A stretch of 64,000 nucleotides of DNA from Desulfobacterales bacterium (GCA_963668645.2 CAXXWC010000021.1:1376001-1440000), one strand, 5' to 3'. Positions 16,549-27,886 are shown, counted from the stretch's first letter. Notes: generated by a model from the sequence alone, not told the origin. A program made the numbers and translations.

Positions 16549-17214
16549 ATGACCGCTGAACCGCGCATCGAAGTCTTGAAGATTCCCCCCTTTGACGTCA
16601 ACACCTACCTTGTCATCTGTCCGGATACCGATCAGGCGGCGGTGATCGATCCGGCGGGCCAGCCGCAGCGGATTCTGTCCCTGGCCAGGGAAAAAAACGC
16701 AAGGATCGCATTGATTCTCAACACTCACGGCCACGCCGACCACGTGCAGGCCAACGCACCGATCCGGACAGCCACCGGTGCGCCGGTGTGCATGCATGCC
16801 GAAGACGACCGTTTTTTCACCGATCCGCAGCACCGCGCTCAAATCGAGCGTGAATTGGGCCTGCCGGCGGCCCCGCCGGCCGACCGCCGCTTGGCCGACG
16901 CCGAGGTTCTGGAGCTTGGCATTTTGCGCATCCGGGTAATCCATACCCCGGGCCATACCCCCGGATCGATATGCTTTATGATCGGCAAGCACCTGTTCAC
17001 CGGCGACACTCTCTTCGTGGGTGACGTGGGCCGCACCGATCTGAGCGGCGGCTCCCTGGATCGGCTGATCGAATCGTTGGCCGCGCGCATCGTTTCACTG
17101 CCCCCGGACACCGTGGTGTGGCCGGGCCACGACTACGGCGAGACCCCGACTTCCACTATCGGCCGCGAATGCGTTGAAAACCCCTACATCACCGATTTTA
17201 TTTTGGATGGATGA
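16549..17214 (+). CDS. MBL-fold metallohydrolase (glyoxalase II-like)
   Basis: THGHADH, HTPGHTPG, TGDTLF, PGHDY. Confidence 0.92.
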   Translation: MTAEPRIEVLKIPPFDVNTYLVICPDTDQAAVIDPAGQPQRILSLAREKNARIALILNTHGHADHVQANAPIRTATGAPVCMHAEDDRFFTDPQHRAQIERELGLPAAPPADRRLADAEVLELGILRIRVIHTPGHTPGSICFMIGKHLFTGDTLFVGDVGRTDLSGGSLDRLIESLAARIVSLPPDTVVWPGHDYGETPTSTIGRECVENPYITDFILDG

Positions 17215-17296
17215 TTCGAAGGCAAAAGATTGCTGATTAGAAACAATTTATTGCCGCATCGCCCAAAAAAGCGACGGAGTCCCTGGCAGCCACCGC

Positions 17297-17324
17297 TTGA
17301 CATCGATGCGGGCATGATTATTAT
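17297..17324 (+). promoter_or_regulatory. Putative sigma70 promoter upstream of groESL
   Basis: TTGACA-16 bp-TATTAT. Confidence 0.5.
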
Positions 17325-17620
17325 TCCATCCAACTGTTGGAAACCTATACTTTTATTGCATCAGAGATGGGCTGTGAAAATATGACGTCACGGAGTAACG
17401 AATCGGCGTTATCAGATTTCTTCCGGCAGGACATTCCCGGCATCGACCTGACCGACCCAAATCCGGAACTTAGACGATTATTGAAACTCCACCGGCCTTG
17501 GGCCGCCACCTGACGTCGGCGGTGCGGCTCGGGCAAGTCGGAGGTCAAGACGATTGTGGCAAGCCGACCCCCGTCGGCGAAACGTTCTAAATCTAACAAT
17601 TGGTTGGAGGAAAGTGACCC

Positions 17621-19560
<1,940 letters not shown>

Positions 19561-19584
19561 TTCCCGGCGCAACTGCGCCTGAAC

Positions 19585-19632
19585 ATACGAAGGCCCCATG
19601 CACCGCCTGGTGCATGGGGCCTTCGTATTTTT
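19585..19632. terminator. Terminator hairpin between convergent genes
   Basis: Perfect 20-bp stem ATACGAAGGCCCCATGCACC/GGTGCATGGGGCCTTCGTAT with T-tract. Confidence 0.85.
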
Positions 19633-21232
19633 AGACGCACCGGGCGCTCTTTCCGGAGAAGCGGCCGCCATCGACACGGCATGGATACACGCCCGCCGCC
19701 CGCCGGCCAAAGGGGATGCCCAGTTTGCGCATCCGGTGGCGCAGGGTGCCTGGATTGAGGCCGAGCCGGGCCGCCGCACCCGCCGGCCCCTCGATACGCC
19801 CGCCGGTGGCCTCCAGCACGCGGCGGATGTGTAGCCGCACGAGTTCGTCAAGGTTCAACACGTCGCTGTCGGCGTTCATCAGTGCCGGGGCATCCGTACT
19901 CTGCGGCGGGCCGAGAATTTCGGCGAAGTCCAGCGGGTTGTTGTCTGACAGGATGATGGCACGCTCAACGGCGTTTTCCAGTTCACGCACGTTTCCCGGC
20001 CACGGATAGTCCAGCAGCCGGTCGACGGCTCCGGGGGCCACCGGCGGGATCCGGCGCAGCCCCATCTCACGCGCCTTCTTGACGATGAAGCGCTGGACGA
20101 GGACAGGAATGTCGGCAGTGCGCTCGCGCAGCGGGGGCAGAACGATGGGAAACACCTTGAGCCGGAAGTAGAGATCCTCTCGAAACTGGCCGCGGGCGAC
20201 CATTTTTTCCAGATCTCTGTGGGTAGCCGAAATGATGCGGATGTCCACCCTGATCGGTGCCGTACCGCCAACCCGTTCGATGCGTTTTTCCTGCAGTACG
20301 CGCAACAACCTGACCTGAGCCTGCTGGTGCAGCTCGCCGATCTCGTCAAGAAAGATCGTACCGCCGTGGGCCCGTTCGAAGCGGCCGCGCCGGGTGGTGC
20401 TGGCGCCGGTAAATGCGCCGCGCTCATGGCCGAACAGCTCGCTGTCGACTAGCGACTCCGGGATGCCGCCGCAGTTGACCGTGACAAGGGGGCCGCTGTT
20501 GCGGGGCGAAAGATTGTGGATCGCCGTGGCGATCAGTTCCTTGCCCGTTCCGGTCTCCCCGAGCAGCAGGACCGGCGAGGAGAGCGGAGCCACATGCCGG
20601 ACCCGGTTCATCACATCCTTAAGACCAAAATCGGCGCCGATTATTTCCTCGCTGGCGTTTTTACGAAGCTCCTGACGCAGGTATTGATTGTCGTCCTTGA
20701 GCCGGTCGCGCAACTCTGCCGCCTTGCGGTAGCGCTGGCTGTTTGCCAGCGCGACGGCGGCCGGCTCGTTGACCATCTCCCAAAGGCGCACGTGTTCCCG
20801 GGTGTAGCGGCCCGTGCCGATGGCCCTGACATATAGGGCGCCGACCATCGCCCCCTCGATGATCAGACGGGCGGCGATCACCGAGGAGGCTGGCCAGTCA
20901 AGGATGCGGCCGACGCGGCTGAGGATCGGGTCCGCGTGCACATCGTTGGCCAGCCGCACCCGGATATGATTGCCGGCCGCCTCGATCTCGGCGCGCACCG
21001 GCTCGGGCATCACGGTGCTTTCACGGCGGAGCTGGCCCCCGGCAGCATCGGCGCTGGCCACCACCTCCACCGCCCCGGCCTCCGGCGCATAGACCACCAG
21101 AACCAGTTCATCGGCCGGCAGAAAGTCTCGCACGTATACCAGCACCTGGTTCAGGGCCTTGTCGATTTCCAAACTGCCGCAGATGCGCAGGGAAACCTCC
21201 CGAAAAAACTCCAGTTCAGCAGTCGATGTCAT
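19631..21232 (-). CDS. GAF-domain sigma54-dependent enhancer-binding protein (AAA+ and Fis HTH)
   Basis: GETGTGKE, GAFTGA, FLDEIGE, WPGNVRELEN, C-terminal HTH. Confidence 0.95.
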   Translation of the reverse strand: MTSTAELEFFREVSLRICGSLEIDKALNQVLVYVRDFLPADELVLVVYAPEAGAVEVVASADAAGGQLRRESTVMPEPVRAEIEAAGNHIRVRLANDVHADPILSRVGRILDWPASSVIAARLIIEGAMVGALYVRAIGTGRYTREHVRLWEMVNEPAAVALANSQRYRKAAELRDRLKDDNQYLRQELRKNASEEIIGADFGLKDVMNRVRHVAPLSSPVLLLGETGTGKELIATAIHNLSPRNSGPLVTVNCGGIPESLVDSELFGHERGAFTGASTTRRGRFERAHGGTIFLDEIGELHQQAQVRLLRVLQEKRIERVGGTAPIRVDIRIISATHRDLEKMVARGQFREDLYFRLKVFPIVLPPLRERTADIPVLVQRFIVKKAREMGLRRIPPVAPGAVDRLLDYPWPGNVRELENAVERAIILSDNNPLDFAEILGPPQSTDAPALMNADSDVLNLDELVRLHIRRVLEATGGRIEGPAGAAARLGLNPGTLRHRMRKLGIPFGRRAAGVYPCRVDGGRFSGKSARCV

Positions 21233-21377
21233 GGCGGCGCCCCTTTCGACGGTACTCTCTTGGCCAGGTTCAGAGCCCGAAATGGAGAAAACTGTCGCGG
21301 GGTGTAGAATATTCCAAGACTGAAAAATTTGACAGATTTATTCTGGCGCGTATGTCAGTTATATGACGATACCCGTC

Positions 21378-21390
21378 TAACAACATGATT
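21378..21390 (-). promoter_or_regulatory. Putative IHF site
   Basis: AATCATGTTGTTA versus consensus WATCARNNNNTTR, just upstream of the sigma54 promoter. Confidence 0.4.
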
Positions 21391-21407
21391 TTTAAATATA
21401 TTTTATT

Positions 21408-21423
21408 TGGCACGGTCTCCGCA
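21408..21423 (+). promoter_or_regulatory. Sigma54 (-24/-12) promoter
   Basis: TGGCACGgtctCCGCA (GG-N10-GC), divergent from an enhancer-binding protein gene. Confidence 0.75.
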
Positions 21424-21460
21424 AAGATGAGGTCAGGACTCGCGCAGAGGAGAAAGCCAT

Positions 21461-21751
21461 ATGGAATGGATCGACGTCATCCGGATTCGTTCTGCCCACG
21501 GCAACGGTGCATCTGTGGTGGCCAGAATGGATGAATGGGCCGCTTGCTGCCGTGGCATCCACGGATTGATTGCCGCGCGGGTCTATCGCAGCGCCGCCTA
21601 CGACTGCGATGCAAGCCTGCACCTGGTCTGGGAGACAACCACCCCACCACCCGGCGGCAGCGAATTGGCCCTGCGCATTTTCAGAGAGTTGGCCGGTCAG
21701 GGTCTGGTGGACCACGACGTGTGGATCGAAGCTAAAGGAGGTCTGAAATGA
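21461..21751 (+). CDS. Hypothetical protein (96 aa), possible dimeric alpha-beta barrel fold
   Basis: GAGGAG RBS; stop overlaps the cstA ATG. Confidence 0.75.
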   Translation: MEWIDVIRIRSAHGNGASVVARMDEWAACCRGIHGLIAARVYRSAAYDCDASLHLVWETTTPPPGGSELALRIFRELAGQGLVDHDVWIEAKGGLK

Positions 21752-23499
21752 ACGTGCTATGGCTCATGGCAGTGGCGCTGGTGGCACTGATTCTCGGCTA
21801 CCGGTATTATTCGCGTTACCTGGCAACCATTTTGGGTGAGGACCCCAGCGCCCAGACCCCGGCGGTTTGCATGCAGGACGGCCGGGACTATTGCCCGACG
21901 AAATCGTCGGTGGTCTTTGCCCACCACTTCGCGTCCATCGCCGGTGCCGGGCCGGTTCTTGGCCCCACCATGGCACTGCTCTACGGAGCCCTGCCCGTCT
22001 GGCTGTGGGCGATTCTGGGCGGCATCTTCATCGGCGCGGTGCACGACTACGTCACGCTCTTCGTCTCGATCCGCGAAAAGGGCCATTCCGTGGCCGAGAT
22101 CGCACGCAAGTCCCTGGGCGACGCCGGCTTCGCCCTGATGATCGGCTTTACCATCGTGCTGTGCATCCTGGTCACCTCGGCCTTCCTGGTGGCCTCAGCC
22201 GTTTCGCTGACATCCCTGGTGTCGCTGGACATGATGAGGCTGCCTGCCGACCAGACCCTGCTCAAGACGGTGGTCAAGGACGGCGTGACCATGGGCCGCA
22301 TCGGCGGCATCGCCTCGACCTCGGTGATCGTCATCACCCTGTTCGCCCCCCTGGTCGGGTGGCTCAACTACCGCAAGAACGCCCCTCTGTCGCTCACCTA
22401 TCCGCTGGCCATCGTCATCTGCCTGGTGTCGATCGCTGCCGGGCTGGCCCTTCCGGTCCATCTGGAGATCAAGACCTGGATGGTGCTGCTGGCCCTCTAC
22501 TCGTTTGTGGCCGCAGGGGTTCCGGTCTGGATACTACTCCAGCCGCGTGATTTCACAAACGTGTTCATCCTCTATGGCGGGATCCTGCTGCTGATCGCCG
22601 GTGCCGTGGGCGCCGGCCTGGGCGGGGCCACCATCGGCGCACCGTTGATGAACGTGGCTGCCGCCACTCCCAAGCTGGGGCTGATCTGGCCGTTCTTGTT
22701 CATCACGGTGGCCTGCGGGGCGATCTCCGGCTTCCATGCCTTGGTGGCCGGCGGCACCTCGTCCAAGCAGGTGACCGGCGAGGTCGATGCCCGGCGCATC
22801 GGCTACGGCGGCATGCTGCTCGAATCACTGCTGGCCATCGGCGTGGTGGTGGCCCTTTGCAGCGGCATCGACTTTGCCGACTACACCCGGATCGTGTTCC
22901 CGGCCCAGGGAAAATCCAATCCGATCCTGGCTTTTGCCCTGGGCATGAGCGGACTGATGCACCAGGGGCTGCATATCCCGATGGTCTACGGCACCGTCTT
23001 CGGGATCCTGATGGTCGAAGGATTCATCGCCACAACCCTCGACACTGCGGTGCGCATCAACCGCTACCTGTTCGAAGAACTCTGGACGATCCTGTTCAAG
23101 GAGCCGCCCAAAATCATGAAGACCTATCTGTTCAACTCGGGTCTGTCGGTGGTGCTGATGCTTCTGCTGGGATTTACCAACGCCTTTTCGGCCATCTGGC
23201 CCATCTTCGGCACCGCCAACCAGCTGCTGGCGGCCCTGACCCTCATTACCCTGGCCGCTTGGCTGGCCAAGGCCGGCAAAGAGTATGCCTTTGCCATGCT
23301 GCCGGCCCTGTTCATGGTCGTGACCACGGTATTTTCCCTGGCCTACCTGTTCAAACGGTACCTGGCGTCCCACAACTACGTGCTGCTGGGTGCCACCGTG
23401 GTATTGATGGTACTCACCGCCGGGCTTGTGATCGTGGCCGTTCGCCACTGGCAGCAGCGGCGACCGGATAAAAAGCCCGAAGTGGTTCTCAACCACTGA
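21748..23499 (+). CDS. cstA: Carbon starvation protein A family transporter
   Basis: HHFASIAGAGPVLGP, ACGAISGFH, TTLDTAVR, IWPIFGTANQLLA. Confidence 0.93.
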   Translation: MNVLWLMAVALVALILGYRYYSRYLATILGEDPSAQTPAVCMQDGRDYCPTKSSVVFAHHFASIAGAGPVLGPTMALLYGALPVWLWAILGGIFIGAVHDYVTLFVSIREKGHSVAEIARKSLGDAGFALMIGFTIVLCILVTSAFLVASAVSLTSLVSLDMMRLPADQTLLKTVVKDGVTMGRIGGIASTSVIVITLFAPLVGWLNYRKNAPLSLTYPLAIVICLVSIAAGLALPVHLEIKTWMVLLALYSFVAAGVPVWILLQPRDFTNVFILYGGILLLIAGAVGAGLGGATIGAPLMNVAAATPKLGLIWPFLFITVACGAISGFHALVAGGTSSKQVTGEVDARRIGYGGMLLESLLAIGVVVALCSGIDFADYTRIVFPAQGKSNPILAFALGMSGLMHQGLHIPMVYGTVFGILMVEGFIATTLDTAVRINRYLFEELWTILFKEPPKIMKTYLFNSGLSVVLMLLLGFTNAFSAIWPIFGTANQLLAALTLITLAAWLAKAGKEYAFAMLPALFMVVTTVFSLAYLFKRYLASHNYVLLGATVVLMVLTAGLVIVAVRHWQQRRPDKKPEVVLNH

Positions 23500-23620
23500 G
23501 CAGTCCTGGGACGGGTACAGAAGAAAAGACGCACCAGTGTGAAGACTTAACCCTGCGCCCTGCCGGCCCGCGGCCGTCAGGGCGCCTGCATCACCGCCTG
23601 AAACGGCCCGGGGCGACCAT

Positions 23621-23935
23621 TCCGGAATCCCGGTCAAAACCCAGATGGCCATCACGGCCATCAGCAAGGGGACCACCTGCGTGTTTTCGATCATCGTCTG
23701 GTTGATGCTTCTGGCCTCCGGAGAGATACTCGACTTTATGCTGCTGCCATCGATGATGCTTGGCTCCATGGTCGCCGCCGTGCTGGCCCCATGGATGACG
23801 CGCACCTTACCAGAACGGATCTGGCGCTGGATCGTGCCGACCCACAGCCTGATTCTGGCAGCCTATGTGAGCTACAAGGTGGTGCCGGACCCTTTAAAAA
23901 TCGCTGGGGTCAACGCCAGCGGGCCGCGGTCTTGA
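23621..23935 (+). pseudogene. Probable C-terminal remnant of a TauE/SafE-like membrane protein
   Basis: GIPVKTQMAITAIS...LPSMMLGSMVAAVLAPWMTRTLPERIWR resembles a TauE half-repeat; no RBS and no N-terminal part. Confidence 0.4.
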
Positions 23936-23975
23936 TGCCGCGGCCCGCGCCTTTTTCAGGGCAAGCCCTTCGGCC

Positions 23976-24983
23976 TTAGCGGCATTCGGCCAGTCGCCCC
24001 TTGGGCTGGAAGCGCAAATTCAGGCTCTCGATATTGGAGGGCAACGCCACAACAGCCTCAGCCCGGCGCGAGGTTCCAGGGACCAAGCTCTGGTCGCCCC
24101 GCCAGTCGACGACGCGCTCCAGAACATCGCCGATCATCATCCATCCTTCGAATTGCAGGCGGCAGGTGCTGGTGTTGCTCAAGTTCAAGGTCACCCCGAT
24201 GATCTCCGGGCTGCGGCGTTCAAGCCCCAGGGCCAAATGGCCGGCCACGGTGCGCCCCCCGCCGGCAGTCAAATTCGTGCCCACCCCGTCTATGATCTGC
24301 CCCTCGGCCTTGAGCTGAATAGGATCTCCATCCAGGGTAGCCTGGCTCCGGGATGCCGGTGGAGGCGGCGGAGGCGGACCCGGCACGGGCTCCGGCCGGG
24401 AATCTGCGTCAACCGGGGTTGATACGCTTCCGGAAGGAGCCGGGGCAGGATTGGCCGAGGCCTCTTCAGCAGACCCCTCGGCCAGTCCTTTCAGTTGGCG
24501 GGCCACCTCACTAGAAGGCATGGGGGTGACCAGGACGTCATCCTGCCAGCGACCGGATTCGACATGGCCGTCGGCAAAATTGTATATCCCCAAACCGCTC
24601 TTGGCGTCCTCTGCCCATTGTCCCTGGTACCCGGATCCGTCCGGCCACTGGTATGTGCCCAGACCGTGGCGCCGCCCGGCCTTCCACTGCCCTTCATAGC
24701 GCGAACCGCTGGGCCAGGTATAAATTCCTCGCCCGTGACGCCGGCCGTTACGGAAACGCCCCTCGTAGCGCCGGCCGTCAGGCCAGGTGTAAATCCCCTG
24801 GCCGGCAAAGCGCGTGTCCCGGAAACCGCCCTCGTAACGAGTTCCATCCGGCCAGGTGTAGACCCCCATTCCGGTGACGCAGTCGCCCTGGATGCAGGCG
24901 GCCTCGATCAGCACCGGTGCAAGGATCACCGGGAGCAGGCCGAGAAGACAGATCCGAACATTCCGGCTTGTTAGTGGCTTCAT
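23976..24983 (-). CDS. Secreted MORN-repeat protein with Pro-rich linker
   Basis: Signal peptide, CIQGDC, about five GxGxYTWPDGxRYEGx[FW] repeats, PPPPPPP linker, beta-rich C-terminal domain. Confidence 0.85.
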   Translation of the reverse strand: MKPLTSRNVRICLLGLLPVILAPVLIEAACIQGDCVTGMGVYTWPDGTRYEGGFRDTRFAGQGIYTWPDGRRYEGRFRNGRRHGRGIYTWPSGSRYEGQWKAGRRHGLGTYQWPDGSGYQGQWAEDAKSGLGIYNFADGHVESGRWQDDVLVTPMPSSEVARQLKGLAEGSAEEASANPAPAPSGSVSTPVDADSRPEPVPGPPPPPPPASRSQATLDGDPIQLKAEGQIIDGVGTNLTAGGGRTVAGHLALGLERRSPEIIGVTLNLSNTSTCRLQFEGWMMIGDVLERVVDWRGDQSLVPGTSRRAEAVVALPSNIESLNLRFQPKGRLAECR

Positions 24984-25301
24984 CGATTCACCTTTCCTTT
25001 GATCAATGTCTTGCATTGACGCTGGCGAGCCGATCCGGCCCGCACCAGAAATCGAGCGTCAGCCGGATTCTTGATTCGACTTTCGGCAGTTCATGCCGCA
25101 TAGCCATGCAACGAGCGTCGAAAGATGCGTCTTTAATAATTTGAGTTGCGGGACCTGTCAATTTCCATCCGATGGGTCGAACCATTGCCTTGGCGCGCAT
25201 CGGCGTTATATTTTGGCCTTGATCGACACCGCCGGGCCGGTTTATCAAAACAGACCGAACAGCACGGCAAACGCAATCCTCCAAGCGAGGCAGACAACGC
25301 C

Positions 25302-26237
25302 ATGACGACCAACAACTTGCGCACCGGCGTGCTACTGGTAGCGATGACAGCCCTGATCATGATCGTCGGCCAACTCGTCGGCGGCCGCCAGGGCATGATG
25401 GTGGCCTTTGTGCTGGCCGCAGTGATGAATTTTGCCAGCTACTGGTACTCTGACAAGATCGTGCTGGGCATGTATAAGGCCCGCCCCGTCACACCGGACC
25501 AGGCACCTGAACTCTATGCCCTGACCGAGTCTCTGACCCGGCGCGCCGGGTTGCCGATGCCGAGGCTCTACATGATTCCCGATCCATCCCCCAACGCCTT
25601 TGCCACCGGCCGCAATCCCCGGCATGCCGCGGTGGCGGTGACAGAGGGGCTGGTCAGGCTCATGGACCGCGACGAAATCGCCGGAGTCATCTCCCACGAA
25701 TTGGGACATGTACGCAACCGGGACATCCTGACAGGCAGCATCGCCGCCACCTTGGCCGGTGCGATCATGATGCTGGCCAGCATGGCACGCTGGTCGGCTA
25801 TTTTCGGAGGCCAACGCAGCGACGAAAACGGTGGGGGCATCGGCGGTTTGGGATTGATCCTCATTTCCCTGGTGGCCCCCCTGGCGGCCATGGTAATTCA
25901 AATGGCCATTTCCCGCTCCCGCGAATACGCGGCCGATCGCACCGGCGCTCAAATCTCCGGTTCCACCGAGGGACTGGCCCGGGCACTGGAAAAGCTGGGC
26001 GCCTACGCCCGGGGGGGGCGTCCCATGTCCGCCAACCCGGCAACGGCCCATATGTTCATCGTCAACCCACTAGCGGGCGGAAACCTGCAGAACCTATTTG
26101 CCACCCATCCTCCCCTGGCAGAGCGCATCGCCCGTCTCAGGGGAGGCCATGCCGGGTCCCCGCCCCCTCCGCCCATGAGCCGGGAGCGGACAATGACCGA
26201 CAGCGGCAGGGACTTTTGGAATCGACTTTCACAATGA
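25302..26237 (+). CDS. htpX: Zinc metalloprotease HtpX (M48)
   Basis: SYWYSDKIVL, PNAFATGRNP, HELGH, SRSREYAAD, THPP. Confidence 0.95.
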   Translation: MTTNNLRTGVLLVAMTALIMIVGQLVGGRQGMMVAFVLAAVMNFASYWYSDKIVLGMYKARPVTPDQAPELYALTESLTRRAGLPMPRLYMIPDPSPNAFATGRNPRHAAVAVTEGLVRLMDRDEIAGVISHELGHVRNRDILTGSIAATLAGAIMMLASMARWSAIFGGQRSDENGGGIGGLGLILISLVAPLAAMVIQMAISRSREYAADRTGAQISGSTEGLARALEKLGAYARGGRPMSANPATAHMFIVNPLAGGNLQNLFATHPPLAERIARLRGGHAGSPPPPPMSRERTMTDSGRDFWNRLSQ

Positions 26238-26335
26238 ACCACGCGATGAGGGAATACCGGAGTTCGCGTTGTGTTGACACGCTTCCAATTCGCCGACACC
26301 ACAAATTATCGCCAGAGCCAAAGGACTAAAGACTG

Positions 26336-27022
26336 ATGGGAATCCAGGAACGCAAAGAAAGAGAACGCGAACGGCGCCGCCAGGATATCATGATGGCAGC
26401 TCGCCGGGTGTTCAGCGCCAAGGGATACGAGAAAGCCACCATGGAAGACATCGCCCGGGAAGTGGAGCTGAGCCCCGGTACGCTCTATCTCTATTTCAAG
26501 AACAAAGACGATCTGTACGCCTCTTTGAACCTGCGCGTGCTTCAGTTCATGACCGTCAAGCTCGAACATGCCCTGGCCGATCCCGACCTGGATTTCGACC
26601 GCAAGCTCGATCGGGTGATGCAGGGAATGCTGGACGTCTACGAGTTCGACTCATTGATCCTTAACAACGTCTTTCATCTCCAATCGAGTGAAACCCTGAA
26701 GAACATTTCACCGGAACTGCTTTCTGAAATCAATAGATTGAGCCGCACCGCGTTGCGCACCCTGAAAGCGATGTTCACTGCCGAAATCGAAAAAGGCACC
26801 ATCATTCCCGCCAACCCCACCGCTTTGGCCGACCTGGTCTGGAGCCTGTTTTCCGGCATCGCGCTCTGGGAGGAAACCAAACGGATGATCAACCCCGATC
26901 GCTACCGCTTCAAACAAAACATCCAGACCGGATTCGACCTGCTGCGACGCGGACTGCGCCAGCCACAGTACCGAGCGCCAGGCGGGTGCAGCGCCGATCC
27001 GGCCTGCAAGCCGCAAGGCTGA
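26336..27022 (+). CDS. TetR/AcrR-family transcriptional regulator
   Basis: HTH TMEDIAREVELSPGTLYLYFKNKDDL. Confidence 0.93.
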   Translation: MGIQERKERERERRRQDIMMAARRVFSAKGYEKATMEDIAREVELSPGTLYLYFKNKDDLYASLNLRVLQFMTVKLEHALADPDLDFDRKLDRVMQGMLDVYEFDSLILNNVFHLQSSETLKNISPELLSEINRLSRTALRTLKAMFTAEIEKGTIIPANPTALADLVWSLFSGIALWEETKRMINPDRYRFKQNIQTGFDLLRRGLRQPQYRAPGGCSADPACKPQG

Positions 27023-27030
27023 AAATTGAT

Positions 27031-27059
27031 TTGACAGCCGCCAGGGAACCTCACAGATT
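27031..27059 (+). promoter_or_regulatory. Possible sigma70 promoter
   Basis: TTGACA-17 bp-CAGATT (weak -10). Confidence 0.35.
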
Positions 27060-27144
27060 GAAACGGTAATGCATCCGAACGCACATCTTCGGAGGTGCCC
27101 GGTACCGACATTCCTCTTCTGGCTCTGGCCGAACGCCAACCACC

Positions 27145-27185
27145 ACGCCCCCAAGACGGGTCCAACCGGTCTATGGGGGCGTTTT
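27145..27185 (+). terminator. Terminator-like hairpin between tetR and dodecin
   Basis: ACGCCCCCA...TGGGGGCGT stem followed by TTT. Confidence 0.5.
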
Positions 27186-27271
27186 GCGTTGATCCGTCCC
27201 CCATTCCCGCCGCATTCGCACCCGGAATGGAGGACTTGCACGCCAACCCTTCAGCAAGAGAAGGTTCAAAG

Positions 27272-27481
27272 ATGAGCGGCAGCGTTTACAAAATCATCGA
27301 ACTGGTGGGCACGAGCGACAAATCATGGGAGGATGCGGCCGCCAAGGCGGTCGAGCTGGCCGGCAAGAGCCTGCGTGACCTGCGGGTGGCCGAAGTGACC
27401 AAAATGGACATGGCCATCGAAAACGGCAAGGTGCTGCGCTACCGGGCCCGGGTGGCGCTTTCGTTCAAATACGAAGACTAA
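27272..27481 (+). CDS. Dodecin-family protein
   Basis: SVYKIIELVGTSDKSWEDAA...YRARVALSFKYED. Confidence 0.92.
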   Translation: MSGSVYKIIELVGTSDKSWEDAAAKAVELAGKSLRDLRVAEVTKMDMAIENGKVLRYRARVALSFKYED

Positions 27482-27523
27482 AAAAAGAGGATTTGCCATC
27501 TTTTTATGGCAAATCCTCTTTTT
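27481..27523. terminator. Bidirectional intrinsic terminator
   Basis: AAAAAAGAGGATTTGCCAT/ATGGCAAATCCTCTTTTT inverted repeat between convergent dodecin and tRNA genes. Confidence 0.85.
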
Positions 27524-27528
27524 CATTC

Positions 27529-27603
27529 TGGTGGGCGGTACAGGATTTGAACCTGTGACTTCCACCGTGTGAAGGTGGCACTCTCCCGCTGAGTTAACCG
27601 CCC
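27529..27603 (-). tRNA. tRNA-Val(CAC)
   Basis: GGGCGGTTAACTCAGCGGGAGAGTGCCACCTTCACACGGTGGAAGTCACAGGTTCAAATCCTGTACCGCCCACCA; cloverleaf, anticodon CAC, encoded CCA. Confidence 0.95.
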
Positions 27604-27610
27604 GAATCGA

Positions 27611-27886
27611 TCAGGAATCGACTTTTTCCTTCAGTTCCTTGCCCACCTTGAAGAAGGGGAGCCGTTTGGAGGGCACCTCGATCTGCCTTCCCGTCTTGGG
27701 GTTACGGCCGGTATAAGCCTTGTATTCCTTCACGGAAAAGCTTCCGAAACCCCGGATTTCCACCCGGTCACCGCCTTCCATGGCTTCCGTGATGGCACCG
27801 AAAAACTGGTCCACGACGTTCTCGGCGTCCTTACGACTCAGGCCGGTATAGTCCTTGAGGGAATTGATCAAGTTCGATTTATTCAT
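27611..27886 (-). CDS. IHF-beta/HU-family DNA-binding protein
   Basis: MNKSNLI, RVEIRGFGSF, GRNPKTG, PFFKVGKELK. Confidence 0.95.
   Translation of the reverse strand: MNKSNLINSLKDYTGLSRKDAENVVDQFFGAITEAMEGGDRVEIRGFGSFSVKEYKAYTGRNPKTGRQIEVPSKRLPFFKVGKELKEKVDS

Noticed and set aside
24540..24880. ~69-bp periodic DNA repeats considered as a possible CRISPR array
   Set aside because: They are degenerate, in-frame MORN coding repeats, with no identical repeats separated by unique spacers and no cas genes
27060..27270. FMN riboswitch upstream of dodecin
   Set aside because: The conserved RFN sequence blocks are not recognisable; kept only as an unclassified RNA candidate
19631..27603. Possible genomic island integrated at the tRNA-Val 3' end
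   Set aside because: No integrase and no duplicated tRNA 3' end (att site) noticed; neighbouring genes look native
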